A stretch of DNA of 64,000 nucleotides, from positions 5,120,001 to 5,184,000 of the forward strand of contig OY762069.1 in assembly GCA_963665095.1 (NCBI GenBank), read 5' to 3'. Position 1 is the first letter of the stretch. Every line of letters starts with the position of its first letter. Of the stretch, positions 36,888-47,621 are shown piece by piece. The notes beneath the pieces are model-generated. The model made no database searches. It had not been told where the DNA came from and saw only the letters and a program-made list of their open reading frames with translations. Made by a program: the position numbers and the translations under genes. Source of the stretch: an uncultured Desulfobacter sp. GTDB taxonomy: Bacteria > Desulfobacterota > Desulfobacteria > Desulfobacterales > Desulfobacteraceae.

Positions 36888-39569
36888 ATGAGAGAATTAA
36901 CATCTACAGGCCTAAGGGTATTAGCGGCAGCCGCAATCCTTGTGGTCAGCTGTGTCATTTTTGCGGGCACGGCCCTGGCAGCATACCCGCTTGTGAAATC
37001 CATTCAGATCAAGAGCCGTCCGTTTTCACTGGCCGTCCAAATGACCGGCCGGGCTCCTGTCAAGGTTATACGCATCGGAGAGAGAGAGGTGCTGGTTGCA
37101 ATTAAAAATGCAACGCTGGCCAAAGGATTGACCATTGCCGGTAAAGATAATCCACAACTTGAATCTGTCCATGTGGAGACCCTTGAAGGTAATGTCATTG
37201 CTTTGATGATGACAAGCCGCAAGCCTAACCGGAAAACCATAGATTCATCATTCAACTCAGCCACAAATCAGCTGGTGGTGGTTTTTAATGAAAGCCTGCG
37301 CCCCGAAAGCCGTCTGCCGACGCCCGCAGTATCCATGCCGGCCCTTGAAGTGCCTGAAACTTCAAGGACTCCGGTTTCCGGAAATACGGTTGCGCAACAG
37401 GGGGCTGCGTCTTCATCCGACACCGATAATCAGGTAAAAGCCCCGTTAAAACCTGCCCTTGAGCCGGCTGTGTCAAAATCAGAACCAGCTCCCCCCGCTT
37501 CCATGACCAAAAAACCGGTTTCTCCGGCTCCTGAAGCTGTCGGGGAAACTGAAACGGGGAAACAGAAAGCAAAGGTCACCGGGACGCCTAAAAGAGTCAC
37601 CCGGCCACCGGTTTACATCCCTGTCCAGCGTCAGTCCGGCCCCTTCAAGGGGGATGTGTCAGATATGTTCCGGAATGAGGAGCCCTTACTGGGCTGTGAG
37701 ACAAAGGCAGTTGTAAATGCGCTTCTTCTGGTAAAAAAACAATTGTATAAGGAAGCCGGTGCCATTCTGGACCAGTATCTGTACGAAGAGAATGCCGATT
37801 GCCTGGAACAGGTGCATTATCTGAGAGCATATGTCCATTTTATGGCAGCGGAAAAAGATGACGCGGCCAAGCTGCTGACTGCCGAACGTATGTTCCAGGA
37901 TGCAGTGGTGGCTTATCCGAAATCAAGCTACCTTCCCTTTGCCTATGCGGCCATGGGGCTGATTCAGTATCGTTTGCGCAATACTGCGGCAGCTGAAGGG
38001 TATTTTGATATTATCCGGGAGGGATATCCTGAATACTCAGGCATGCCTGAAGTTGAGTATCACCTTGCTGACATCTATGATGGAAAGGGCTATACAGACA
38101 AAGCCATGCGCCTGTATAAAAAGGTGTTCGAATCCAGGATGAACAACGCTTACATTCCTGATGCGGGGCTTGGGTATGGGAAGGCTCTGTTTAAAAACCG
38201 CCGGTATTTTGACGCATTGAGTATACTTAACTTTGTCATTAAAAATGATGTCAAAAAGGTGTATGAATCAGCGGATCTTCTCAGGTACACGGCAGATGCC
38301 AGTTTTGAACTGGGCATGAACAAAGAGGCCCGGCTCAATTATATCCGGCTGCTGAATATTTTTCCGGACATCGAAGACCCGGATATGGCTTTAAGCAGGG
38401 CCGGCGATGCCTATGGCATGGATAATCAGGAAGACAAGGCCATCAGGCTGTATGAGCTGGTGCGGGAAAAATATCCTGATTCCCCGGGGTTCATCAATGC
38501 CTCCATCGGCATTGCCAGGTATCTGAAAACAGATGCTGAAAAGATTGAGATCTATGAGATGATTAAAAACCGGTTCCCGGAAAATACCTATGCCCGGATT
38601 GCTATGATGCGCCTGGCTGAAATCTACCAGAAAAATGGTGAATATAATAAGTGCATCCAGGAGATTGAAGATCTGTTGTCCACCCATCCCAGAGGGCTGC
38701 GTTACGAGGCTGTCAAGCTCATGCAGAAAGCCTATGAGGCCCTGTTCAAAGAGCAGATGAAAGCGGATGAATATACGTCCGTGCTGAAACGGTATGAGCT
38801 GGAGCGTTTGAAGATCGGTAAAATGAGCAGTCGGGAGATTCCCTATTACGTGGGCAGCGCCTATTTAAGAGCCGGTCTGTATGAGCAGGCATTTAACCAG
38901 CTGATTTCTGCCTACAAATTGTATAAACGGTCTGAAAGGCCGTCGGGCCTGTTGTTCGGGCTGGGCAGAGCCATGGATGAATCCGGCAGGGATGATGATG
39001 CCATCAAGCTTCTGGATGCATTTGCCAAAAGATATCCAAAGGATAAAAGGCGGGTGGAGGCTTTAACCCGTGTGGGGCGGATTTATCTGGAAAAGAATCG
39101 TTTTACAAAGGCTGATCAAATACTTGCCAAAGCCTATGAAGCAGGCGATAATAGTCTGGACAAAGGTCGTATCCTTTTGCTTCGTGCCGATGTTTTTCAG
39201 GAAAAAACCGATCTTAAGACGGCTGCCGGGCTCAGAGAACAGGCTGTAAAGGCATTTTCCGCATCCCCGGGGGGAAATTACGACATACTGTCACAGGCTT
39301 ATAAAATTTTAGGCACCACCTATCTGGAGATGAAATCCTATGTGTCTGCCGCAGACGCCTTTGCCAAAGCCCTTGATTTTTCTGAAGGGGACCGTGCCAG
39401 GGCCAATCTCGGGTTTTTGCTCGGGGATGCATACCAGAAGGGGAATGTGCTGGATAAGGCAAAAAAAACCTTTGAACATGTGGCGCACTCCTATGACTCT
39501 GTGTGGGCGCGTCTGGCCCAACAGCGGCTGACAACCATAAACCTGGCTGAAAAAATGATAAATTCATAA
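36888..39569 (+). CDS. Exported TPR protein (N-terminal beta domain, Pro-rich linker, long TPR array), flagellum-associated
   Basis: Signal peptide ending ALA; P/A/S-rich linker about aa 140-250; many TPR-like helical pairs ending YP. Confidence 0.8.
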   Translation: MRELTSTGLRVLAAAAILVVSCVIFAGTALAAYPLVKSIQIKSRPFSLAVQMTGRAPVKVIRIGEREVLVAIKNATLAKGLTIAGKDNPQLESVHVETLEGNVIALMMTSRKPNRKTIDSSFNSATNQLVVVFNESLRPESRLPTPAVSMPALEVPETSRTPVSGNTVAQQGAASSSDTDNQVKAPLKPALEPAVSKSEPAPPASMTKKPVSPAPEAVGETETGKQKAKVTGTPKRVTRPPVYIPVQRQSGPFKGDVSDMFRNEEPLLGCETKAVVNALLLVKKQLYKEAGAILDQYLYEENADCLEQVHYLRAYVHFMAAEKDDAAKLLTAERMFQDAVVAYPKSSYLPFAYAAMGLIQYRLRNTAAAEGYFDIIREGYPEYSGMPEVEYHLADIYDGKGYTDKAMRLYKKVFESRMNNAYIPDAGLGYGKALFKNRRYFDALSILNFVIKNDVKKVYESADLLRYTADASFELGMNKEARLNYIRLLNIFPDIEDPDMALSRAGDAYGMDNQEDKAIRLYELVREKYPDSPGFINASIGIARYLKTDAEKIEIYEMIKNRFPENTYARIAMMRLAEIYQKNGEYNKCIQEIEDLLSTHPRGLRYEAVKLMQKAYEALFKEQMKADEYTSVLKRYELERLKIGKMSSREIPYYVGSAYLRAGLYEQAFNQLISAYKLYKRSERPSGLLFGLGRAMDESGRDDDAIKLLDAFAKRYPKDKRRVEALTRVGRIYLEKNRFTKADQILAKAYEAGDNSLDKGRILLLRADVFQEKTDLKTAAGLREQAVKAFSASPGGNYDILSQAYKILGTTYLEMKSYVSAADAFAKALDFSEGDRARANLGFLLGDAYQKGNVLDKAKKTFEHVAHSYDSVWARLAQQRLTTINLAEKMINS

Positions 39570-39586
39570 AGGATCCTTTTGGCAAA

Positions 39587-40969
39587 GTGCCCGGACAACG
39601 ACTATTCCTCATAATTGAAAATCCCAAAGAGCGTATGACCTATACAGACCTGTTTGAAGGAATGGGTTTTCTGGTTGATGCCGTGCCCGAAGGCTCAAGT
39701 ACCCTCAATTACCTGGAAGAGCAAAAACCTGCCGTGGTTGTTGCAGACGAGGCTACCCCGGGATTCAATGCCGTTGACTTCCTTAAACAGGCGTCAGAAA
39801 AACCCGGGGGGTTGCCAAAAACCATTATCATTACGGCTGATCCGGTGGTGGAATATGCTGTCAGCCTTATCCAGCATGGCGCCATGGATTATCTGATCAA
39901 GCCGGTTGATTTAAGACAGCTGGAACTTAGTGTAAAAAAATCCCTGGCTGCCGCTGTGGCTCAGGTTCCGGCTGCTTCCGGTCTGGAAAAGGATTCCCGT
40001 GTCAGGCATAAATCCGTTCAGATCATTACCAAAGATCCCAAGATGGAAAATCTGCTTGCCCTGGCTGCAAAGGTGGCAGACTCTTCAGCCTCTGTGCTCA
40101 TCCAGGGGGAAAGCGGTACCGGCAAGGAGCTTTTGGCCAGATTCCTCCATGAAAAAAGTTCCCGCAGCCATCAGCCTTTTATAGCGGTTAACTGCGCAGC
40201 ATTGCCGGAAAACCTGCTGGAAAGCGAGTTGTTCGGCCATGAAAAAGGTGCCTTTACCGGCGCTCTGGCCAGAAAAGCCGGAAAGTTTGAACTGGCGGAC
40301 AAAGGCACCCTGTTCCTGGATGAAATCACAGAGATGCAGTTTCATCTCCAATCCAAACTGCTCCGGGTGCTTCAGGAAAAAGTGGTGGACCGGGTGGGTG
40401 GTATCCAGTCTGTGGACGTGGATGTCCGGGTGATTGCCACCACCAACCGGGATGCCAGAGCGGCTGTGGAAAATCAGACGTTCCGGGAAGATCTGTTTTA
40501 CCGTCTGAACACCATTCCCCTGATCATTCCGCCGTTAAGAAAGCGCCTTCGGGATATCCGTCCCCTGTGTGATTTTTTTATTAAAAAATACTGCAGGATT
40601 GACGGCCGGTCTGTCAAAGGATTGACAGAAGAGGTTTCCGCCATTCTGTACAGCCACCCGTTTCCCGGGAATGTCCGGGAGCTTGAAAATATTATACACC
40701 GGGCAGTCCTTCTTGCTGACGCCGAGTTGATCACCCCGGCCGACCTTCTCATGGAAGGCTATGACATCCCCGCGGATACCGATGATCCAAATGCTGAAAT
40801 CCCGCCGGCAGCCGACCTCTCCGCTGGTTCCCTGAAAGAGATGGAGCAGAAAATGATTTTCAGGACCCTGGACCAGACCGAGGGCAACCGGACCCACGCC
40901 GCCAAAATTCTGGGCATCAGTGTCCGAACCCTTCGAAATAAATTGAACGAATATAAAGACGCCCTCTGA
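39587..40969 (+). CDS. Sigma54-dependent response regulator (FlrC/FleR/FlgR-like)
   Basis: REC domain, [14 protein letters not shown] and [13 protein letters not shown]; directly upstream of flgB. Confidence 0.88.
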   Translation: MPGQRLFLIIENPKERMTYTDLFEGMGFLVDAVPEGSSTLNYLEEQKPAVVVADEATPGFNAVDFLKQASEKPGGLPKTIIITADPVVEYAVSLIQHGAMDYLIKPVDLRQLELSVKKSLAAAVAQVPAASGLEKDSRVRHKSVQIITKDPKMENLLALAAKVADSSASVLIQGESGTGKELLARFLHEKSSRSHQPFIAVNCAALPENLLESELFGHEKGAFTGALARKAGKFELADKGTLFLDEITEMQFHLQSKLLRVLQEKVVDRVGGIQSVDVDVRVIATTNRDARAAVENQTFREDLFYRLNTIPLIIPPLRKRLRDIRPLCDFFIKKYCRIDGRSVKGLTEEVSAILYSHPFPGNVRELENIIHRAVLLADAELITPADLLMEGYDIPADTDDPNAEIPPAADLSAGSLKEMEQKMIFRTLDQTEGNRTHAAKILGISVRTLRNKLNEYKDAL

Positions 40970-40993
40970 TAATTCCTTCGCGCCTGTCAACCC

Positions 40994-41009
40994 CGGCATG
41001 TAATTTGCT
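40994..41009 (+). promoter_or_regulatory. Sigma54 (-24/-12) promoter of the flgB operon
   Basis: CGGCATGTAATTTGCT, GG-N10-GC. Confidence 0.75.
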
Positions 41010-41125
41010 TTTTCCGTTACCAGTGGTGTTATCCCGGCACTGAATGCATGCAGGGATATCCGGGAAAAGGTCAACAGGAAAAAGCCTTTTTCAGCAGCAG
41101 TTCATCATAATAAGGAAGCGATATC

Positions 41126-41539
41126 ATGGCCGATTCAAGAATTTTCGGACATACCTATGACATGATCGGAAAGAGCCTGGATATATCCACCCGGCGGCAC
41201 AACCTGATCTCCGGTAATATTGCCAATATGGATACCATTGGATATACGCCCACCGACATTGATTTTCAAAGCGCCCTTAAAAGAGCCATGGCAGATCCCG
41301 AGCCTGATTACCTGGATAAGACCAATGCAAAGCATCTGGCCGGAAATCTTGACCGTCCCGGCAGTGGTCTCAACGGTATGGACAGCGAGGATGTGGATAT
41401 CTATCACCTGGACTCGGTAAATATTGATACGGAGATGATGAGCCTGATGGAGAACAATGTGAAATTCCGTTCCACCGCCGAGATGCTGCTGCGCAAAATG
41501 AGCATTCTCAACTATGCCATTGATGAGGGAGGACAATAA
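41126..41539 (+). CDS. flgB: Flagellar basal-body rod protein FlgB
   Basis: GNIANMDTIGY, VNIDTEM. Confidence 0.93.
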   Translation: MADSRIFGHTYDMIGKSLDISTRRHNLISGNIANMDTIGYTPTDIDFQSALKRAMADPEPDYLDKTNAKHLAGNLDRPGSGLNGMDSEDVDIYHLDSVNIDTEMMSLMENNVKFRSTAEMLLRKMSILNYAIDEGGQ

Positions 41540-41542
41540 ACC

Positions 41543-42043
41543 ATGGATTTAATGAATGCGGCAAAAATCAGCGGCACTGCTCTGGCAGCACACCGTATGA
41601 AGCTCAATGTCATTGCTGAGAACCTTGCCAACGTGGACACCACCCGCAGTAAAGAAGACGGCGGACCTTACCGCAGGAAAATGGTGGTATTCAAAGGGGA
41701 TAATATTGACTCTTTTGAAAGTGTGGTGCAGCAGAAGATAAGAAAGGACCAGTCCGGCCAGATTGAGTTCTCCCCCATTGAATTTGAAAATGAAAAAAAA
41801 CCGGATAACGGTACCGGCGTTAGGGTAGATCAGATTGTCAGATCCCAGGAAGATTTTCATCTGGTATACAACCCTGCCCATCCCGATGCGGACCCGGATA
41901 CCGGGTATGTCAAAATGCCCAATGTGGATCATCTAACGGAAATCGCAGACATGATGGTGGCCAGAAGAAGCTATGAAGCCAGTGTTACAGCGCTTTCCAG
42001 CACAAAGGATATGGTTTCCAAGGCACTTGAGATCGGTAAGTAA
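41543..42043 (+). CDS. flgC: Flagellar basal-body rod protein FlgC
   Basis: ENLANVDTT, PYRRK, HPDAD..GYVKMPNV, RSYEA. Confidence 0.95.
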   Translation: MDLMNAAKISGTALAAHRMKLNVIAENLANVDTTRSKEDGGPYRRKMVVFKGDNIDSFESVVQQKIRKDQSGQIEFSPIEFENEKKPDNGTGVRVDQIVRSQEDFHLVYNPAHPDADPDTGYVKMPNVDHLTEIADMMVARRSYEASVTALSSTKDMVSKALEIGK

Positions 42044-42058
42044 GAAAGGGGTGAATAA

Positions 42059-42355
42059 ATGGATAAAATAAATGCGGCAGATTCCGGTAAACTCTCCCTT
42101 TACAGAGAGCCTGTGGCAGACCGGGTGGCAAAAAGAAGTCCGGAGTTTATGGAGCGTCTTGAATCGGCCATGCTGGATGTAAACAATGATCAGCATGTGG
42201 CGGATGACTCGGTTGAGGCTGTGATTGAAGGACGGCTGGGCATCCATGAGGGCATGATGGCCCTAAGCCGTGCCTCCACCTCCCTTAAAATGCTGGCCCA
42301 GGTAAGAAACAAGGCCATGAGTGCCTATAAAGAAGTGATGAATATGCAGGTGTAA
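42059..42355 (+). CDS. fliE: Flagellar hook-basal body protein FliE
   Basis: QVRNKAMSAYKEVMNMQV C-terminus. Confidence 0.93.
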   Translation: MDKINAADSGKLSLYREPVADRVAKRSPEFMERLESAMLDVNNDQHVADDSVEAVIEGRLGIHEGMMALSRASTSLKMLAQVRNKAMSAYKEVMNMQV

Positions 42356-42436
42356 CAGCCATGGGGCTGCCTGGGGTATGCCCGGGTTCCTCCCACGAAA
42401 GAAAGTAAAATAAGAAAGCATGCAGGAGCTGCGTAA

Positions 42437-44152
42437 ATGAATCCCGTTATTGAAAGAATCATTTCAATATTCAAAGAGATGAGTGTGGTCCGTAAAGCCC
42501 TTCTGGGCGGACTTGTTCTGGTGGTGATCGCGGGTTTTATCACCATGTTTTTCTGGGCCAACAAAACGCCGTACAAGACCGCATATTCAGGTCTTAACCA
42601 GGACGATGCCGCAGCGGTTGTGGAATCCCTTAAGGCCTCCAATACCCCCTATACCCTTGCCGGTGACGGCACCACCATTCTTGTTCCGGAATCCATTGTC
42701 TACGATGTCAGGCTGACCATGGCCAAACAAGGTATCCCCAAAGGGGGCGGTGTGGGATACGAAATTTTTGATAAAAGTGAATTCGGCACCACTGAGTTTG
42801 TCCAGAAGATCAATAAGAAGCGGGCGCTCCAGGGAGAACTGGCCCGCACCATTGCCGCATTTGATGCAGTCAAAGATGCCAAGGTCATGATTGTGCTGCC
42901 CAAAGAGTCGGTTTTTGTTGAAGAGACCAAACAGCCGTCTGCCTCTATCCTTCTGGAGCTGGTGTCGGATCTTGAAAAAGAGGAAGTGGCAGCCATTGCC
43001 CATCTGGTGGCCTCATCTGTTCAGGATCTGACCCCGAAACTTGTGACCATCGTGGATACGGCGGGCCGGATACTGTTTGAGGGCAAGTCAGAAGAGGAGC
43101 AGGCCCGCATTGATGCGGAAAATCTTGCCGATGCCCAGTATCAGTATAAGATCCGGTTTGAGGAGAACCTGACCCGCAGAATCCAGACCATGCTGGAGCG
43201 CATCGTGGGCAAAGACAAGGCCATTGTCCGGGTCACATCGGAGATGGATTTTTCTAAAAACAGCATGAATGAAGAGATCTACGACCCCTTTGAACGGGGC
43301 GGGGAGTTCATCCGCAGCCGGAAAAACAGGGCTGAAAAGATCGTTCAGCTCAATGAGGAGATTGGCATTCCCTCATCGGTGAATCCCATAACCGATGAGG
43401 ACCAGACCGGGGACAAGAACCAGGAGCGGGTAAATAAAAGTGATGATACCGTTAATTACGAGATCAGCCGCCGGATCCGGGAAACTGCCAAGCCCATGGC
43501 CACTTTGGCCCGGCTTTCCGTGGCGGCTGTGATTGACGGCAAATATGAATTTCAGACCGATGACCAGGGCAATACCAAGCGGGTTTATACACCCAGATCC
43601 GCAGAGGAGATGCAGCAGTTTCAAAGCATTGTGGTCAAGGCCATGGGGTTTAATGAAGAGCGCAGTGATCAGGTCTCCATGGAGTGTTTCCCCTTTGTAT
43701 CCATTGGCGATATGGCAGGTGCCCAGGAACAGATCACCGGATGGCGCATGGTCCAGAAAGAGTACGGCCGGCTGATTGCCAATCTGCTGCTGGTGTTTGT
43801 ACTCTTTTTATTTGTTATCCGGCCCATTATAAAAACGGTCCGGGATATCAAGGTGACTGTGGAACAGGAAGCCCTGCCGTCTCCCGAAGAACTTGCCCTG
43901 CTTGAGGAAGGGGAAAAGGAACCCACCTTTGTTGAGATGAATGCCGAGCAGCAGCGTGAATTTTTTGATACAATGACAGACGCCCAGAAAGAGGAGTTCA
44001 TCCAGAAGATGACAGCCGCGGAAAGGGCTGCCTACCTTGCCAATATGACGCCCCAGGAAAAAGCCCGGTATTACGCGGACAAGGATCTGGTAAGAACAGT
44101 GAACATCATCAAGGGCTGGATCAGTGAAGTAGAAGAAGAGGAAGAGGAGTAA
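42437..44152 (+). CDS. fliF: Flagellar MS-ring protein FliF
   Basis: GYEIFD, RALQGELARTI, PSASI, two TMs. Confidence 0.95.
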   Translation: MNPVIERIISIFKEMSVVRKALLGGLVLVVIAGFITMFFWANKTPYKTAYSGLNQDDAAAVVESLKASNTPYTLAGDGTTILVPESIVYDVRLTMAKQGIPKGGGVGYEIFDKSEFGTTEFVQKINKKRALQGELARTIAAFDAVKDAKVMIVLPKESVFVEETKQPSASILLELVSDLEKEEVAAIAHLVASSVQDLTPKLVTIVDTAGRILFEGKSEEEQARIDAENLADAQYQYKIRFEENLTRRIQTMLERIVGKDKAIVRVTSEMDFSKNSMNEEIYDPFERGGEFIRSRKNRAEKIVQLNEEIGIPSSVNPITDEDQTGDKNQERVNKSDDTVNYEISRRIRETAKPMATLARLSVAAVIDGKYEFQTDDQGNTKRVYTPRSAEEMQQFQSIVVKAMGFNEERSDQVSMECFPFVSIGDMAGAQEQITGWRMVQKEYGRLIANLLLVFVLFLFVIRPIIKTVRDIKVTVEQEALPSPEELALLEEGEKEPTFVEMNAEQQREFFDTMTDAQKEEFIQKMTAAERAAYLANMTPQEKARYYADKDLVRTVNIIKGWISEVEEEEEE

Positions 44153-44156
44153 TCCC

Positions 44157-45170
44157 ATGGTAAAAAAGATTGATCCGGAAAATTTAACAGGCTGCCAGAA
44201 AGCCGCTATATTCCTCATGTATATGGGTGAAGAATACACAACATCCGTATTTTCAAAAATGAAGGAGCAGGAGATTGCCGAGATTGCCTTTGAAATGTCC
44301 AAAGTCGATCAGATTACCCCGGAGATGCTCAAAATCGTGTGCGGTGATTTTGTGGATAAATTTGAAGGCGAATCCAAGATGATCGTTGAAGGTGATTCCT
44401 TTATCAAAAATGTGGTGTCCAAGACGCTGCAGGATAAGCAGGCTAAGGCGATTCTGGATGATCTTGAAAAGAAAAAACAGGCCAAACCGTTTATATGGAG
44501 CCGTAATGTCAATGTGGGCACCCTGTCCGCGTATATTGAGGGTGAACATCCCCAGACCATTGCCATGATTCTGGCCCATATGCCGGCGGAGATCTCTTCA
44601 GAGATCATGATGAACCTCTCGGATGAACAGAAAGGGGATATTGCCATGAGGATTGCACGGCTTGGCCAGATCTCCGAAGATGTGGTCCGGGATGTGGACA
44701 AGGCATTAAAATACGAACTCTCCGGCGCTGTGGGCCCTGGTGGCAAAGCCGGAGGTCTCGAAGTGCTGGTGGATATTATCAATGGTGTGGACAAATCCAC
44801 CGAAGATGCTGTTATGGAATATGTTGAAGAAGATGATGCTGAAATGGCCAATGAGATCAGAAAGCTCATGTTTGTATTTGAGGATCTGACTGCCGTTGAT
44901 GACAATGCCATGAGAGAAATTCTCAAGAAGGTTGAGGGCCAGCAGCTCACCTACGCACTGAAGACTGCCACGGAAGAGATGAAGAACAAAATCTTCTCCA
45001 ACCTGTCCCAGCGGGCCGGTGAAATGCTTAAAGACGACCTGGAAGCCATGGGTCCTGTCCGTCTGGCTGAAGTTGAAGAGGCTCAGCAGGCAGTGGTCCG
45101 GGCAGCCAAGGAGCTTGAGGCTGACGGTACCATAACCCTGGGCAAAGGAAAGGATGATGTCCTTGTCTGA
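44157..45170 (+). CDS. fliG: Flagellar motor switch protein FliG
   Basis: QKAAI, EHPQTIA, MFVFEDL, GPVRLAEVE. Confidence 0.95.
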   Translation: MVKKIDPENLTGCQKAAIFLMYMGEEYTTSVFSKMKEQEIAEIAFEMSKVDQITPEMLKIVCGDFVDKFEGESKMIVEGDSFIKNVVSKTLQDKQAKAILDDLEKKKQAKPFIWSRNVNVGTLSAYIEGEHPQTIAMILAHMPAEISSEIMMNLSDEQKGDIAMRIARLGQISEDVVRDVDKALKYELSGAVGPGGKAGGLEVLVDIINGVDKSTEDAVMEYVEEDDAEMANEIRKLMFVFEDLTAVDDNAMREILKKVEGQQLTYALKTATEEMKNKIFSNLSQRAGEMLKDDLEAMGPVRLAEVEEAQQAVVRAAKELEADGTITLGKGKDDVLV

Positions 45171-46194
45171 TAATCAGGAAAATATGGATCTGCAGAATCC
45201 TGTGTCATCGGCCTCTGTCGGAGCAGCACCTGCTGATGATGACGGGTTTAGGGCCATTGATGTAAATACTCTGGACAGTTTTAAGGAAGAGGTGTCCCTG
45301 AAGGGGCCGGATACCCAGCCTGATTTTGACCGGTTCAAGCTGTTATTTGATCCCGAGGAAATTAAAAAGGAAGAGGGCGGTTTTGACGCCCTTTATAAGA
45401 TTACCAAAAAGGTAAAAGAAGAGTTGTTTGAGCCCCTGATCCCTGGCGCTGATGTGGAGACTGAACCACTGAAAGGCTCAGGCGCTGGGCCAAATGATGA
45501 TTTGGCAGATGAAGAAGCTGAGGCTGAAGAAGGGCCCACTGCCGAAGAACTGGGGTTTGCCAGGGGATATGAAGAGGGCCTGGCCAAAGGGCTTGAGGAG
45601 GGTAAGGCACAGGGGCACGCCAAAGGGTATGAACAGGGCCTGGAAGAGGGCCGGGAAGAGGGATTTAAACAGGGAGAGGCGGACGGGTTTGCCAAAGGGG
45701 AGGCGGACGGCCTTGAAAAAGGGATGGCAGAGGGGCTTGAGGCCGGTAGGAATGAAGTTGTTAAGGAGATGGAAAGTATCCTGACCCCTTTTAGAGAGGC
45801 CCTGGGAACCGTTGACCAGTTGATGGAGAATCTGCTGACGCGCTATGAAGATCAGCTGGTGGGACTGGTGTTCAAGATTGCTGAAAAAGCAGTCATGGCC
45901 AGGCTGGATACGGATGATTCCGTGATCAAGAATACCATTATAGATGCCCTGTCCTATCTTGCCTCCCCTGAAGAGATTACCCTGAGCGTGTCTGATGAAG
46001 ATTATGAATATGTGGAGATGGTCAAGGAGACTTTTTTTGAGTCGTTAAGTTCTCTTACCCGTGTCACGGTAAACACCGATTCCATGATTCCTAAAGGGGG
46101 GTGCCGGATTGAAAGTGCCGGTGCCACCATTGCCACAGACCCTGAATCCAAACTTCAGGCGGTTTATGAGGCGATTACCCAGGTTGGAAAGTAA
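45154..46194 (+). CDS. fliH: Flagellar export protein FliH
   Basis: GxxxG repeats and GGCRIES; lies between fliG and fliI. Confidence 0.9.
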   Translation: MMSLSDNQENMDLQNPVSSASVGAAPADDDGFRAIDVNTLDSFKEEVSLKGPDTQPDFDRFKLLFDPEEIKKEEGGFDALYKITKKVKEELFEPLIPGADVETEPLKGSGAGPNDDLADEEAEAEEGPTAEELGFARGYEEGLAKGLEEGKAQGHAKGYEQGLEEGREEGFKQGEADGFAKGEADGLEKGMAEGLEAGRNEVVKEMESILTPFREALGTVDQLMENLLTRYEDQLVGLVFKIAEKAVMARLDTDDSVIKNTIIDALSYLASPEEITLSVSDEDYEYVEMVKETFFESLSSLTRVTVNTDSMIPKGGCRIESAGATIATDPESKLQAVYEAITQVGK

Positions 46195-46242
46195 GATGCA
46201 GTGTTATGTAATTTCTTTTGATAATGAGGCTTTTTATTCAGC

Positions 46243-47601
46243 ATGAATGATCTTCTGGACATGGTTGATTTCAGCATCTATGAAAGGGCCGTGGACAATG
46301 CCCGCACCTTGACCCCTGTGGGCCGGGTTTCCCAAGTGATCGGACTGATCGCCGAAGGGGACAGCTTAGGCCTTGGTGTAGGCGGGGTCTGCCGCATTAT
46401 CAATGATCATGGGCAGACTGTAATGGCTGAAGTGGTGGGCTTTAAAAAGGAAAAAGCCCTGCTCATGCCCTATGGGGATATCCGGGGGATCAGCATGGGC
46501 AGCCGGATTATCCCGGTGGCATCTTCACCCATGGTCCCGGTGGGTGACGGGATGCTTGGCCGGGTGGTGGACGGCATGGGAAATCCCATAGACGGTAAAG
46601 GCGCCATCAACGCCACCAGTTCCTATTATCTGTACGGCAAACCCTTAGGCCCCCTGGAAAGAAGAATGATTAAAGAGCCCCTGGATGTGGGGATCGGTGC
46701 CGTCAACAGCATGATAACTTTGGGCCGTGGACAGCGGGTGGCCATTATGGCCGGTTCCGGTGTGGGGAAAAGCGTGCTCATGGGTATGATGACCAAACAC
46801 ACGGCTGCGGATGTGGTGGTGATCGGGCTCATTGGCGAACGTGGCCGCGAAGTAAAGGATTTTGTGGAGGAGACCCTGGGCCCGGAAGGAATTAAACGGG
46901 CCGTGGTGGTGGCGGCCACATCAGACTCCCCGCCGCTGACCCGTATCCGCGGTGCCTACCTTGCTACCACCATTGCCGAGTATTTCCGGGACCAGGGAAA
47001 GGATGTCCTGCTCATGCTGGACTCCATTACCCGGTTTGCCATGTCATCGCGGGATGTGGGCCTTGCTGCGGGGGAGCCCCCCACCACAAGAGGGTATACC
47101 CCTTCGTTTTTTGTCCAGATTCCCATCCTGCTGGAGCGGGCCGGGGCCCTTGAAAGCGGCGGTTCCATCACTGGTATCTACACGGTGCTGGTGGAGGGCG
47201 ATGACCTGAATGATCCGGTGGGGGACACGGTACGTTCCATTGTGGACGGGCATATTGTACTTTCCAGGGATCTGGCCAACCGTGGGCATTACCCGGCCAT
47301 TGATGTGATGGCCAGTGTCTCCAGGGTGATGCGGGATGTGTCCAAACCCGATCACATGGCCATGCGGGACAAGGCCGTCAATGTCATGGCTGCTTACAGA
47401 AGTGCCGAAGATATGATTACCATCGGGGCCTATGTGGACGGGTCAGATCCCAATGTGGATCAGGCCAAGAGGCTGATGCCGGGCATCAACCGGTTTCTGC
47501 GCCAGAGGATCGAGACAAAAATGGATATGCCGGCCAGCATGGCCGGGCTCAAAAAAGCCCTGGACATCAAAGGGGAAAAAGCCGCCCCCAAAAAGGGATA
47601 G
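46243..47601 (+). CDS. fliI: Flagellar export ATPase FliI
   Basis: GSGVGKS, IGERGREV, DSITRFA, DGHIVLSR. Confidence 0.95.
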   Translation: MNDLLDMVDFSIYERAVDNARTLTPVGRVSQVIGLIAEGDSLGLGVGGVCRIINDHGQTVMAEVVGFKKEKALLMPYGDIRGISMGSRIIPVASSPMVPVGDGMLGRVVDGMGNPIDGKGAINATSSYYLYGKPLGPLERRMIKEPLDVGIGAVNSMITLGRGQRVAIMAGSGVGKSVLMGMMTKHTAADVVVIGLIGERGREVKDFVEETLGPEGIKRAVVVAATSDSPPLTRIRGAYLATTIAEYFRDQGKDVLLMLDSITRFAMSSRDVGLAAGEPPTTRGYTPSFFVQIPILLERAGALESGGSITGIYTVLVEGDDLNDPVGDTVRSIVDGHIVLSRDLANRGHYPAIDVMASVSRVMRDVSKPDHMAMRDKAVNVMAAYRSAEDMITIGAYVDGSDPNVDQAKRLMPGINRFLRQRIETKMDMPASMAGLKKALDIKGEKAAPKKG

Positions 47602-47621
47602 CATAGACACAGGTTTTTTCT

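Noticed and set aside
41034..41052. Second GGCAC...TGC site before flgB
   Set aside because: The GG-GC spacing is 8 or 12 rather than the 10 required for sigma54.
45540..45750. Periodic GA-rich repeats
   Set aside because: These are the normal GxxxG repeats of FliH, not a CRISPR array or DNA repeat.
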